From Candidatus Latescibacterota bacterium (GTDB lineage Bacteria; Latescibacterota; UBA2968; GCA-2709665): a DNA stretch of 64,000 bases. The notes below the pieces were generated by a model. The model had not been told where the DNA came from, made no database searches, and worked only from the letters and a program-made list of their open reading frames with translations. Shown in pieces: positions 9,712-20,627 of the stretch; the stretch's first letter is position 1, and each line of letters begins with the position of its first letter. The stretch spans positions 4,256,001 to 4,320,000 of the forward strand of contig OZ252100.1 of NCBI GenBank assembly GCA_965248435.1. The letters are read 5' to 3'. The position numbers were made by a program, and so were the translations under genes.

Positions 9712-10683
9712 TCACAATTGATGCAAGGGGGAATCGGGGTTGTAGAAAACCTCTAGGTATTGTCGGAACCAGTCGATGGTTCTTTGCAGCCCTTCTTCAA
9801 ACGAAATCCGAGGAGTCCATCCTAACAGTTGCTCCGCACGTTCGTTGTCAGCGCACATTCTCCAAATCTCGGTGGGACGGTTTTCCAAGACGCCGATCCG
9901 CAATTCGGATTGTGAGCCCGACAATTGATGGATTCTTCGGACTAAATCGCAAATCGCAATCTCACGGTTCTCTCCGATATTGATAGCGACTTCGGGCGCC
10001 GGGTCGGCCAGTGCGGCAGCAAGGATACCATCGATAATGTTGTCCACATAATTGAAACCACGTGTTTGTAACCCTTCCGTGGTTTCAATCGGATCGCCTC
10101 TCAAGCATTTGAAAATCAACTCGGGAATGACGGCTCTATCGCTTTGGTAGGGACCAAACGTATTGAAGGGACGGACACAGACAATCGCTTTTCCCGTCTG
10201 TTTTCGTTTCATGTGGCTGTAGAGTTCTCCGGCATATTTCCCGATAGAGTATGGAGAAATCGGAAAGGGGGTGAAATCCTCCTGAAACGGAACCGATTCC
10301 TGGTAGCCATAGATTTCTGAGGATGACACATAGAGAAACCGTTCGGACTCAGGGGCGTGTTCCAGGAGATTTGCCGTGGCAAGGGCATTGCTCATCAGAG
10401 CTTCATTCACGTGTAAGAAACTATCGCCCACGTGATTGTAGGCGGCTAAATGGAAGATGAGGTCGTACTCTGTTCCCTGAAACTGACGCAACGAATCAAT
10501 GTTGCGAAGATCGGCTTCAATGATAGTGAGATCATCCCAGACGGCGCTCAGGCGCACATTGTCAATGACGCTTTTGTACTTTACCACTACCGAAACGTCA
10601 GCCCCTTCCTTGAGCAATCTTCGGCACAGATGAGAACCGATGAACCCGGCTCCCCCTGTCACCAAGACAGATTTTTTCCTCAC
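9712..10683 (-). CDS. NAD-dependent nucleotide-sugar 4,6-dehydratase/epimerase
   Basis: VTGGAGFIGSH, HLAA, SSSEIYG, SPYSIGK, RPFNTFGP. Confidence 0.92.
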   Translation of the reverse strand: MRKKSVLVTGGAGFIGSHLCRRLLKEGADVSVVVKYKSVIDNVRLSAVWDDLTIIEADLRNIDSLRQFQGTEYDLIFHLAAYNHVGDSFLHVNEALMSNALATANLLEHAPESERFLYVSSSEIYGYQESVPFQEDFTPFPISPYSIGKYAGELYSHMKRKQTGKAIVCVRPFNTFGPYQSDRAVIPELIFKCLRGDPIETTEGLQTRGFNYVDNIIDGILAAALADPAPEVAINIGENREIAICDLVRRIHQLSGSQSELRIGVLENRPTEIWRMCADNERAEQLLGWTPRISFEEGLQRTIDWFRQYLEVFYNPDSPLHQL

Positions 10684-11390
10684 GTATAGTTCTCCCTATT
10701 GGTGTAAAAACGGGCAAGCTGCTCTTCCGCAGACTTGAGTTCGTCTGGCGTGTTGAAGGTGACTTGCAATCCCGAGTGGTAATCGGCGCCTAATTTTCCT
10801 ATCCCCATCAGGATCTCGTAAAACATGATCAACCCTTCACCATCAGGCATCGCAAGAACGCTTCGGGGAACGAGCTCGAGTGCCGATTTGCTGATCACCG
10901 CATAGCCGATGTAGTAGTTCAAAATCGGTTTTTCCTTGAAATAGGTCACTTTTTCATTCTGATCAAATTCGACCAAACCAAAGGGATTACGAATCGGCGC
11001 GACCACAATAGTTGCTTCATTGTCGCTGGTTTTGTGTTTTGCCACCAAACGGGACAATTCGAGGTCGGTGAATGTGTCTCCATAGGTCATCAAAACGTGG
11101 TCATCAAACAGGTTTCTTGCCTGATAGAGGCGCTCCAGAATTCCTGCTTGTTCTCCTACATCTGAAAATTCCACTTGTATCTTTAGTGGGCTTTGAGCAA
11201 TGGTTTCGCGGATCAATTCTCCTTTGTAACCAATGCAAAAAACGAACTGATCGAACCCCTGACGAAAGTAGGCTTCTAATTTCGTTTCGAGAAGGGTCTT
11301 GTTGTTGAGTTTGATCAAGGGTTTCGGGATTTGATCGGTCAACCGACCCAATCGCGCCCCCCGCCCTCCGCACATGATAAGAATCTTCAT
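10680..11390 (-). CDS. Sugar-phosphate nucleotidyltransferase (NTP_transferase family)
   Basis: MCGGRGARL, PKPLI, TYGD, FKEKP. Confidence 0.9.
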   Translation of the reverse strand: MKILIMCGGRGARLGRLTDQIPKPLIKLNNKTLLETKLEAYFRQGFDQFVFCIGYKGELIRETIAQSPLKIQVEFSDVGEQAGILERLYQARNLFDDHVLMTYGDTFTDLELSRLVAKHKTSDNEATIVVAPIRNPFGLVEFDQNEKVTYFKEKPILNYYIGYAVISKSALELVPRSVLAMPDGEGLIMFYEILMGIGKLGADYHSGLQVTFNTPDELKSAEEQLARFYTNRENYT

Positions 11391-11396
11391 TGGCTG

Positions 11397-12641
11397 TTAT
11401 TCTTCTCTCAGTCGTTGGGCAGTGGAATGACGGGTTGAGGAACCCGGGCACAATTCATCATACAATTGCTGGTACTGTGCTGCCACATTCTTTAGGTCAT
11501 AGAAATGCCCTTGCTTAGCAGCATTTTCGGCCAATTGCTCCCGGAGGGGGGCATCTTCCATCAAACGAAGGATGTTTGTTGCCATGCCGGCGACATCTCT
11601 GACGGGGGAAATCAACCCGGACTTCTCGTGCTGCACCGCATCCCGGCATCCCGGAGCATCTGTGGTCACAATGGGCAGTCTCGCGGCCATCGCCTCAATC
11701 AACACGAGGGGCATCCCTTCGAGCAGGGAGGGAAAAACCAGGATATCTGCGGCTTTGTACATTTCAATCAACTCGTCGGTAGGACGGACATACCGTTGCT
11801 CTAGAGAGGACGGCTTTTCCTTTTCCATGGGGATTTGCAGGAAGGCATCCACCCCCATTTGTGCCGACATTTTAGCAATCGGTTCAGAGTGTCCGGCAGC
11901 CAGAACCCAAAGAAAGTCTTCTCGCACCCCAGTGAGTACCTGAATGATCTCAGGAATGTAGCGATACCCTTTTACGGGATGATGACGGCCCACAGTTAAA
12001 AGAATAGTTTTGTGAGCAGGCCATCTCCTCTTTGCGCGAACCGCCTCACGGTCCACTGGAAGCGCCTCAATGCGAGAGATATTCACGCCTGCCGGGATCT
12101 CATGCAGCTTTTCCCGGGAAACACCCAATTTCAAAAGCTCTGCCCGCGTTCCCGGGCTGATTGCCACCACACGGTCCAGTTTCGGCAGCCCTTCCAGAAG
12201 GTCTTTTTCCACTTCAGGGTCCAGCCGCTTGCCATAACCAATTTCAGGCAACGTCTGGATATCACCACCATAGCTGCCCAAGAGGCTGGACACCTTCATA
12301 GTGCGCAGAGTGGAAGCAGCGCCCATGCCTATCGGGTGCGCCATGTGGATGTGCCAGATGTCGAAATTGAAGAAGATCTGATAAAGAGCCACTTGAGCAT
12401 TGACAAGCCAACGCAAATCATAGCCAAGGTTGCGAGTCCTTGCAATCAAGAATAGGGCATTTGGAAGCAAGGGCAGCATCCTGTAGGGTCCCCTCTTCTT
12501 CATGTCGTGCCAACAGTTCCACGTCGTAATAACCGTGACTTGATGACCTGCCTCTTCTTGATGAAGTGCCAGGTTGTGAACAAAGATTTCTTTCCCACCA
12601 ATTTGCGGCAGGAACGAAAACGAAAGATGCGCAATCTTCAC
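11397..12641 (-). CDS. Glycosyltransferase family 4
   Basis: Start moved to GTG 12641 (KIAHLSFSFLPQIGG); VGRHHPVKG, ADILVFPSLLEGMPLVLIEAMAA (Ex7E). Confidence 0.93.
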   Translation of the reverse strand: MKIAHLSFSFLPQIGGKEIFVHNLALHQEEAGHQVTVITTWNCWHDMKKRGPYRMLPLLPNALFLIARTRNLGYDLRWLVNAQVALYQIFFNFDIWHIHMAHPIGMGAASTLRTMKVSSLLGSYGGDIQTLPEIGYGKRLDPEVEKDLLEGLPKLDRVVAISPGTRAELLKLGVSREKLHEIPAGVNISRIEALPVDREAVRAKRRWPAHKTILLTVGRHHPVKGYRYIPEIIQVLTGVREDFLWVLAAGHSEPIAKMSAQMGVDAFLQIPMEKEKPSSLEQRYVRPTDELIEMYKAADILVFPSLLEGMPLVLIEAMAARLPIVTTDAPGCRDAVQHEKSGLISPVRDVAGMATNILRLMEDAPLREQLAENAAKQGHFYDLKNVAAQYQQLYDELCPGSSTRHSTAQRLREE

Positions 12642-12948
12642 TGCAACGACCTTTTTCAAGCAGAACAGCGAACTCGGAGGAATTGGTTCGGGCAAGTTGT
12701 CTGCCAGCATGCCCACAAGGCGAATCCGCCTGGCGGACTCTCCGACTCTTCAATCCCCTTCGGACACCAGTCTGTCGCCCCGAAGTTGGGTTCCCACCCA
12801 CCGGACTTCCTATCTGCGATCACAATAAGGGACCTGCCCGCCTGCCGGCCTTTGATCTAGCCCTTCGCTATGGCGTCCCGAATTGCCTGTGCCGCACAAC
12901 CCATTCGTGAGGCGGCTTCTACTAGGGTCAAAATAGTTACATATGTCG

Positions 12949-12977
12949 AAAATAGAAAATACCTGCCTCGCTGTCAA
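12949..12977 (-). promoter_or_regulatory. Sigma70-like promoter for the minus-strand GT4 operon
   Basis: Minus strand TTGACA (12977-12972), 17 bp, TATTTT (12954-12949). Confidence 0.55.
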
Positions 12978-13489
12978 TTCTCTCCAAATAGAAAGGGCGT
13001 CTAACATTCATAACTCAGGAATCTCTCAACGTAAGGTGATTCAGCTGGTTTGAAAGCGCAGACTCACAAGAACCGGATGGATCGAACTCTTTGTTGCGCT
13101 GATTCATTGCCAGGGCCCGGGATAGATGGTGTGGTTACCGGTGGTAGGGAAAGACCGGGCCGCTTGCTCGTGGTGATGATGTGATGGCTTGTGCTCCATC
13201 ATGGGTTTTTCCAGAAATGCTTGCAAGAAAGAAGGCTATCTGCTTACTCTATGCCACGGTCATTTCTTCTAAAATGGTGTTTGTTTTGTGTTCACCCTAA
13301 AAATAGGGCCGAACTATCATTTGTGGTAGGGAACTGGCGATTCTTGTGAATAGTCCAGGCCAGACACGCTGCCGGCCGACAATCGGCCAGGGACTGCTCA
13401 GCACCCTCTGCTTTTTGCTTTACGATGTTGGGGGAATTGTCTAAATTATGACAAATCCATTAGTTATGTAATTAGAGCGGCGGTCGATA

Positions 13490-14494
13490 ATGAAAAAGGC
13501 CTTGATCACAGGGATTACGGGACAGGACGGCTCCTATCTGGCCGAGCTCCTCCTCGAAAAGGGCTATGAGGTGCACGGCGTGATCCGCCGGTCGAGCTCG
13601 TTCAACACGTCGCGCATCGATCACCTATACCAGGACCCCCACATCAAAGATGTAGAACTCTTCCTGCACTATGGAGACATTTCGGATTCAACGAATCTGA
13701 TTCGTCTGCTTTACAACCTTAAACCTGACGAAGTCTATCACCTTGCAAGCCAGACCCATGTCAGGGTCAGCTTTGACATCCCGGAGTATACGGCAGACGT
13801 GACCGGAGTGAGCACGGTCCGGATTCTGGAAGCGATCCGAGAAGCCGGGATCCCAGCGAGGTTCTATCAGGCGGGCAGCAGTGAGATGTTCGGAAAGGTA
13901 CAGGAAGTGCCCCAGCGAGAGACGACTCGGTTCTATCCACGCAGTCCCTATGCCTGCGCAAAGGTCTACGCGCATTGGATGACGGTGAGTTATCGCGAAG
14001 GTTACAACCTGCACGCGTGCAACGGAATCCTGTTCAACCACGAGTCTCCACGCCGCGGCGAGACGTTCGTGACGCGCAAGATCACTCGCGCCGTGGCCCG
14101 CATCAAAGCCGGACTTCAGGATAAGCTCTACCTGGGGAATCTGGACTCCAAGCGAGATTGGGGATACGCGAAGGAGTATGTCGAGGCGATGTGGCTCATC
14201 CTGCAGCAGGATTCTCCGGATGATTATGTGATCGCAACCGGGGAAACGCATTCCGTGCGGGAGTTTCTGGGAGAGGCGTTTGGCTGCGTCGGTCTGGATT
14301 GGAACGATCACGTGGAAGTCGATCCAAGATATTACCGTCCGGCCGAAGTAGATATGCTGGTTGGTGACCCGAGTAAGGCCAAAAGACTGCTGGGATGGGA
14401 GCCAAGGACGAGATTCAAGGACCTCGTTCAGATGATGGTTACGTCAGACGTGGCGTCCGTCGACGAAAAACGTGGGTTGAAAGTCGAGATATAG
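13490..14494 (+). CDS. gmd: GDP-mannose 4,6-dehydratase
   Basis: [61 protein letters not shown]. Confidence 0.98.
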   Translation: MKKALITGITGQDGSYLAELLLEKGYEVHGVIRRSSSFNTSRIDHLYQDPHIKDVELFLHYGDISDSTNLIRLLYNLKPDEVYHLASQTHVRVSFDIPEYTADVTGVSTVRILEAIREAGIPARFYQAGSSEMFGKVQEVPQRETTRFYPRSPYACAKVYAHWMTVSYREGYNLHACNGILFNHESPRRGETFVTRKITRAVARIKAGLQDKLYLGNLDSKRDWGYAKEYVEAMWLILQQDSPDDYVIATGETHSVREFLGEAFGCVGLDWNDHVEVDPRYYRPAEVDMLVGDPSKAKRLLGWEPRTRFKDLVQMMVTSDVASVDEKRGLKVEI

Positions 14495-15438
<944 letters not shown>

Positions 15439-15439
<1 letters not shown>

Positions 15440-16476
15440 TGGATACAGAAACAGGACAAAATTTATCCGAACCAAGATTGGCTGGCCGCGGCGGCACCGG
15501 GATGACAGACGAGATCGACCTCCTGGACTACATCGAGGTGCTGGTTCGAAGGCGATGGTTGATTGTCTGGATTGTCGTCCTGTGTGCACTGGGCTCTTAT
15601 GGCTATTTTAGATCTCGGCCTCCAACTGGGGGGTTGTTCCGCGCCGAGGCAAACGTTCTGGTCCCGGAAGGACCTGGGACCGATCCGGCTTCCGGAAAGC
15701 TGTACCAGGCCATCCCTGTAAACGTAAATGTGCTCAGGCGCTACTCGATCGGTTACAACATACTTGAACGTACGGTGCCTCGTAAGATGGGCAACGGCGC
15801 AGACTCTGTCAAGGTGTCACATTTTTTCGGGGGGACGAATATCCGCAGAATGTTGAAGGGCCTTGAGGCCATCTCGGACTTGAGTCAAGACGAATCCGGT
15901 GTTATTACCGTACAGGTCACGTTCGCTAATCCACTTTTGGCCACCACACTCGCCGATGCTTATGTAGATGAGCTCATTCTGTACTATTCTGAAAAATGGG
16001 AAGAGCAAGAAAGGATGGATCTGAAGCTGATCGAGTCTCATCTGGAAGCCGTAGAAGCCGAATTGAGAGCGGCTGAAGATTCCTTGCTCGCGTTCAAGCG
16101 AAGGCACCGCGGTGTGCGGGACGCGGAGTCGATCGAGGAATTGGAACTACAGCTTTCCCGCTTCCAGCGTCGAGTCGACATAAGAAGCGCCCACTATGCC
16201 AATATGCTGTCCCGCTTCGAAGAGGCCAGGATCCAGTCGGACCGACGATCTCCCAAGCTGGAAGTCCTGAACTACGCCATTCTGGAAAACGTAACGCCGG
16301 TCTCTCGGAGCATCAGGCAATGGGTGATCATCAGCGCCGGCGTCGGGCTCATCGTTTCTGTGTTCCTTGCTTTCTTCGTTGATTTTCTATGCCGCAATCG
16401 GGCGTCGGGTCGGATGGACCCGATCGTGAATGAGCTGGGAAAGGATGTACAGAGGGTGAGGGGGATATTTAGGTGA
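15439..16476 (+). CDS. Wzz/GumC-type polysaccharide co-polymerase (chain length determinant)
   Basis: DEIDLLDYIEVL..RRWLI before TM1, periplasmic coiled coil, C-terminal TM (IISAGVGLIVSVFLAFF). Confidence 0.85.
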
Positions 16477-16519
16477 GGGTCCAGAGGATCGAGAGCGAAA
16501 AGCTGGAGTTCTGGAGTAT

Positions 16520-16750
16520 ATGACTTTCTGGCGTAGAATATGGAACCACTGGCTGAGGATCGCCGGGTTTATCGGAAATTTTCAGGCCCGCCTGGTCCTT
16601 TCTCTCTTCTACTTCATTATCGTATTGCCCTTCGGCGTGGCGGTGCGGCTGTTTGCCGATCTGTTGAGGATCAAAGGAATCGGAAGGACGTCCTGGAGCG
16701 AATTTTTCGAGCGTGCAAGGTCGGTGGAGGAGGCGAAACGGCAGTATTAG
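16520..16750 (+). CDS. SxtJ-like small membrane protein
   Basis: W...A..IG.F..R..LSLFYFIIVLPFG...R...D.L, ending KRQY; next to a carbamoyltransferase. Confidence 0.75.
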   Translation: MTFWRRIWNHWLRIAGFIGNFQARLVLSLFYFIIVLPFGVAVRLFADLLRIKGIGRTSWSEFFERARSVEEAKRQY

Positions 16751-16798
16751 GCAATGGAAAAGGGTCTGTTGATCGGTTGGATTTGTGAAGCATTTTGA

Positions 16799-16824
16799 GG
16801 GCGAGGCATTAGCCTCGCCCTTTT
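16799..16824 (+). terminator. Intrinsic-terminator-like hairpin inside the operon
   Basis: GGGCGAGGC-ATTA-GCCTCGCCC followed by TTTT. Confidence 0.7.
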
Positions 16825-16847
16825 CCAGATAGGATTAAATGCTGTAA

Positions 16848-18623
16848 ATGAATATCCTGGGGATTTCCTGCTATTACCATGACTCCGCGGCAGCACTGAT
16901 TTTCGACGGAGAGCTGATTGCCGCTGCGGAAGAGGAGCGGTTTTCCCGGAAAAAGCACGATTTCGGGTTTCCCTCGAGTGCCATCCGATATTGCCTTTCA
17001 GAGGCGGGCATCACCGCTCACGAATTGGATTATGTGGTCTTTTACGAAAAGCCATTTGACAAATTCGAGCGGATCCTGATGACCACCCTTCAGACGTATC
17101 CCAAGTCGTGGAAGGTGTTCCGGGAATCGATGATTACCTGGCTTGTGGACAAGCTGTGGGTGAGGCACCACATCGAGCAGGAGGTGGGCGTCCCGAAGGA
17201 CCGCGTGCTGTTCTGTCAACACCATCTGGCTCACGCGGCGAGCGCCTTTCTCGCGTCGCCGTTTGATGAGGCAGCTATTCTCACAGTGGACGGTGTGGGC
17301 GAGTGGGCAACAGCAACCTACGGGATCGGACGGGGCACCGACATCAAACTGTTCAAGGAGATTCGGTTTCCGCATTCCCTTGGTCTGTTATACAGTGCTT
17401 TTACAGCCTTCTTGGGGTTCGAGGTGAACGAAGGCGAATATAAGGTGATGGGAATGGCCCCATACGGCGAGCCCAGATACGTGGACAAGGTGTGGAGGCT
17501 GATCAGGCAGTTCGATGACAGCTCTTTCTGTCTCAACATGGATTATTTCTGTTTTCATCATTCGACCACTCGAACCTACAACCGGAAGTTCGAAGCCCTG
17601 TTCGGGGCACCGAGACTACCCCAGATGTATTTCTTTACGGCATCTACGGGTTACCCGAGCTACTTCGGAGCAAGACCCGGGAATTACGGGGAGCTTTGCC
17701 GATTAAACCAGCACTTCGCGGACATTGCAGCGAGTATTCAGCGGGTGACGGAAGAGGTGCTCCTGAAGATGGTGAGGTATATCCTTCATGAGACGGGACA
17801 AAAGGTGCTGTGCATTGCCGGGGGCGTCGGATTGAACAGCGTTGCAAACGGCCGCATTCTTAGGGAGTCGGGTGTCGAGCGGCTCTACGTGCAGCCTGCG
17901 GCAGGGGATGGAGGAGGGGCACTTGGTGCGGCGCTACACGCATATCACACGCTGCTGGGTAAGCCCCGGAAGTTCACGATGCGACATGCCTACTGGGGAA
18001 AGGCTTATGAAAACGGTGAGATAGAGACCTTCTTGAGGCGTGAGGGAATCGGATATGAGTGTTTATCCGATGAAGGGGCGCTGGTGGACCGGACGGTCAA
18101 TGCGTTGATCGGAGGCAAGGTGATCGGCTGGTATCAGGGCCGGTTTGAGTGGGGACCCCGCGCCCTTGGCAACCGGAGTATTTTGGCCGACCCAAGACGG
18201 GCCGAGATGAAGGATGTGGTGAACACGAAAATCAAATTCAGGGAACCCTACCGCCCCTTCGCCCCTTCAGTGCTCGCGGAGGAGTCGGAAAGCTTCTTCG
18301 ACCTACCGGGCGCGGCCGAACAGGATCCTGCGCGCTTCATGCTCCTGGTGGCCCCTGTGAAGGAGGAAAAACGCGAAGTGATTCCTGCCATCACACACGT
18401 GGACGGATCGGCACGACCGCAGACCGTATTTGAGGATACAAATGGGCTCTACTATGGTTTGATTCGTCAATTTGGTGAAGCGACAGGGGTCCCGGTTGTG
18501 CTTAATACCTCGTTCAATCTGCGTGGCGAGCCGATCGTGGCGACACCCGAAGATGCTTACAGCACCTTCAGGCGGAGTGAGATGGACCTGCTTGTGATGG
18601 GCAACAGTTTCGTGAGAAAGTAG
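16848..18623 (+). CDS. Carbamoyltransferase, CmcH/NodU (SxtI-like) family
   Basis: ILGISCYYHDSAAA, EEERFSRKKHD, HHLAHAASAF, DGVGE, GEYKVMGMA.YG, GPRALGNRSILAD, LNTSFN.RGEPIV. Confidence 0.97.
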   Translation: MNILGISCYYHDSAAALIFDGELIAAAEEERFSRKKHDFGFPSSAIRYCLSEAGITAHELDYVVFYEKPFDKFERILMTTLQTYPKSWKVFRESMITWLVDKLWVRHHIEQEVGVPKDRVLFCQHHLAHAASAFLASPFDEAAILTVDGVGEWATATYGIGRGTDIKLFKEIRFPHSLGLLYSAFTAFLGFEVNEGEYKVMGMAPYGEPRYVDKVWRLIRQFDDSSFCLNMDYFCFHHSTTRTYNRKFEALFGAPRLPQMYFFTASTGYPSYFGARPGNYGELCRLNQHFADIAASIQRVTEEVLLKMVRYILHETGQKVLCIAGGVGLNSVANGRILRESGVERLYVQPAAGDGGGALGAALHAYHTLLGKPRKFTMRHAYWGKAYENGEIETFLRREGIGYECLSDEGALVDRTVNALIGGKVIGWYQGRFEWGPRALGNRSILADPRRAEMKDVVNTKIKFREPYRPFAPSVLAEESESFFDLPGAAEQDPARFMLLVAPVKEEKREVIPAITHVDGSARPQTVFEDTNGLYYGLIRQFGEATGVPVVLNTSFNLRGEPIVATPEDAYSTFRRSEMDLLVMGNSFVRK

Positions 18624-18631
18624 GGGATGGG

Positions 18632-18811
18632 ATGGGATATCTGCAAAGAGTGATCGCAAAGCTGGGGATTATGGGCGAGCTTCTGAAATTCTTCTGGGTG
18701 CGGAAGCTGTGGTGGATGATCCCGATGATCCTGGTGCTGATGGTCTTCGGGCTGCTGATCGTGTTTACTCAGGGAACCGCAGTTGCACCGTTCGTATATA
18801 CTTTATTCTAG
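18632..18811 (+). CDS. SxtK-like (DUF5989) small membrane protein, 59 aa
   Basis: Not in the ORF track. Manual translation MGYLQRVIAKLGIMGELLKFFWVRKLWWMIPMILVLMVFGLLIVFTQGTAVAPFVYTLF, with RKxWW and APFxYTLF signature. Confidence 0.88.
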   Translation: MGYLQRVIAKLGIMGELLKFFWVRKLWWMIPMILVLMVFGLLIVFTQGTAVAPFVYTLF

Positions 18812-18814
18812 AAC

Positions 18815-18842
18815 GACCGCGGACGGCAGACCGCAGACCGCA
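18815..18842 (+). repeat. Heptamer tandem repeat GAC(C/G)GC(A/G) x4
   Basis: GACCGCG GACGGCA GACCGCA GACCGCA immediately after a stop codon. Confidence 0.65.
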
Positions 18843-18902
18843 AAAACTCTACTTTTCGCTCATGTCGATATAGATGATACGGGCGATTTTTTGTTTCCTA
18901 AG

Positions 18903-18942
18903 GCAACTTTTCCTTGACACTGAAAGTTGCAATTGTTACCTT
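18903..18942 (+). promoter_or_regulatory. Internal sigma70-like promoter with overlapping inverted repeat (candidate operator)
   Basis: TTGACA (18914-18919), 17 bp, TACCTT (18937-18942); GCAACTTT (18903-18910) and AAAGTTGC (18923-18930) flank the -35. Confidence 0.6.
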
Positions 18943-19009
18943 CGGAAACAATTTTGTCTCTTTTACCGTGCTACTGTACATCTATTTCATTAGTTTTAAA
19001 AAGGGTTGT

Positions 19010-19984
19010 ATGAAAATCCTGGTGACGGGAGGAGCCGGATTCATCGGCTCTCACCTCGTGGATGGCTATTTGAAGGCGGGCCACGAGGTTGCGGTTGTGG
19101 ACGATCTCTCGGGAGGGACCCGGGCGTTCCTGAGTGAGGATGCCCATTTGTTTGCCCTGGATATATGCTCCGATGAGATCGAGACCGTCTTCAGGGATTT
19201 CCGCCCCGATGTTGTGAATCATCACGCCGCGCAGAGCAGTGTTGCGGTCTCCGTTCATGATCCGAAAATAGATGCAAAGGTCAATATCTGCGGCATGTTG
19301 AACATTCTCAGGCACGCTGTGAACTTCGATGTGAGTAAGCTGATTTTTGCTTCGTCGGGCGGCACCGTTTACGGAGAAGCGAACCAGTTTCCAATCCCTG
19401 AAACCGCCCGGCTCAATTCCTTGTCCCCCTACGGTATCTCGAAGACCGCGGGGGAAATTTATTTGCGATACTATGCCGATCGTTACGACCTGCGATATAC
19501 GATTCTGCGTTACAGCAACGTCTATGGTCCTAGACAGAGTGCCGACGGAGAGGCCGGGGTTGTGGCGATTTTCTGCCAGAAACTCCTCATGGGCGACCGC
19601 CCGGTCATTTTTGCGGCGCGCGAAGCCGGGGATTCGGGATGTACGCGCGATTATGTGCACGTTGGCGACGTCGTGAAGGCCAATCTTCTTGCGCTGCAGC
19701 AGGGTGATGGCGAAATCCTGAACATCGGAACAAGCGTGGAGACATCCACGCGGGCGCTGTTCAACCTCCTTGCCTTGGAGGCGGGGTTCGAGGATGGGCC
19801 GGAATTCGGGCCGCCCCGGCCAGGTGATCTTCTGAGGAACGTCCTGGATGTATCAAAGGCCGAAACCTGCATGGATTGGCGTCCCGAAGTGTCCCTGGAA
19901 GATGGGGTAAACAGGACATTCGCTTTTTATGCGAATAGAGAAAGGCAAAAGCACAGAGCAGGCCGCTTGATAAACTGCTGCTAG
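19010..19984 (+). CDS. UDP-glucose 4-epimerase-like NAD-dependent epimerase
   Basis: Start ATG 19010: MKILVTGGAGFIGSH, HHAAQ, SSGGTVYG, SPYGISK, RYSNVYGPRQ..GEAGVV. Confidence 0.92.
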   Translation: MKILVTGGAGFIGSHLVDGYLKAGHEVAVVDDLSGGTRAFLSEDAHLFALDICSDEIETVFRDFRPDVVNHHAAQSSVAVSVHDPKIDAKVNICGMLNILRHAVNFDVSKLIFASSGGTVYGEANQFPIPETARLNSLSPYGISKTAGEIYLRYYADRYDLRYTILRYSNVYGPRQSADGEAGVVAIFCQKLLMGDRPVIFAAREAGDSGCTRDYVHVGDVVKANLLALQQGDGEILNIGTSVETSTRALFNLLALEAGFEDGPEFGPPRPGDLLRNVLDVSKAETCMDWRPEVSLEDGVNRTFAFYANRERQKHRAGRLINCC

Positions 19985-20007
19985 ATTGAGAAATCAGAGG
20001 ATCGCTT

Positions 20008-20625
20008 ATGGAGATTTTTCGACAGAGTTCGACGACGCGTGAGGATCTCGGACTCCTTGCGGTGATGGACGCCATCAAGGAGCGAGAACAGATCACTCAG
20101 AGGGAGTTGGCCCGAGTTACGGGCTTGAACCTCAAGAAGGTGAATTACTGCTTGAACAACCTGCTGGAAAAGGGCTATGTCAAGTTTCAACGGGCTCTGA
20201 ATAATCCGGACAAGCGAGTCTACCTCTATATTCTCACACCTGCCGGCTTAAGAGCCAAGTCCAGGCTCACCTATGGATTCCTCAGGTTTACACTGAATGT
20301 CTACAATAAGTTGGAAGAAAAGCTCAGGCGCTCTCTTGATGAAATGGCATCTGCTGGAGTGCGGAATGTTCTGCTGTATGGCGCCGGTGATGCGGCTCGG
20401 ATTCTGCTGGGAATCGTGAACGGGGAGCCCGTCGAGGTCGTGGGTGTCGTGGATGACGAATTCGAGGGCCAGGAGTTTCACGGCGTTCCTGTAGTGAAAA
20501 GTGGACAAATGGGAGACTTGGAGTGGGAAGGAATTCTGATCACCGATCCGGATGATCTGGATGGTATCGAGAAGAGGCTGGAGGGAATGAAAGTGCCCAC
20601 AAAAGCTGTCTGGAGACTCGCATAG
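20008..20625 (+). CDS. MarR-like EPS-associated winged-helix regulator with C-terminal Rossmann-like domain
   Basis: ITQRELA..TGLNLKKVNYCL..L.EKGYVK, YLYILTPAG...K..L, then LLYGAG. Confidence 0.88.
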   Translation: MEIFRQSSTTREDLGLLAVMDAIKEREQITQRELARVTGLNLKKVNYCLNNLLEKGYVKFQRALNNPDKRVYLYILTPAGLRAKSRLTYGFLRFTLNVYNKLEEKLRRSLDEMASAGVRNVLLYGAGDAARILLGIVNGEPVEVVGVVDDEFEGQEFHGVPVVKSGQMGDLEWEGILITDPDDLDGIEKRLEGMKVPTKAVWRLA

Positions 20626-20627
20626 AA

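Noticed and set aside
12700-12897. GTGCG on the minus strand suggesting a group II intron 5' end
   Set aside because: No reverse transcriptase ORF and no domain V/VI-like sequence seen.
13141-13333. GTGGTAGGGAA repeated at 13141 and 13323 as a possible ops/JUMPstart element
   Set aside because: Only partly matches GGCGGTAG and lacks the rest of the consensus; cannot be supported.
16520-18811. Saxitoxin biosynthesis cluster
   Set aside because: Only sxtI/J/K-like genes are present; no sxtA/sxtG-like core genes, and the context is polysaccharide synthesis.
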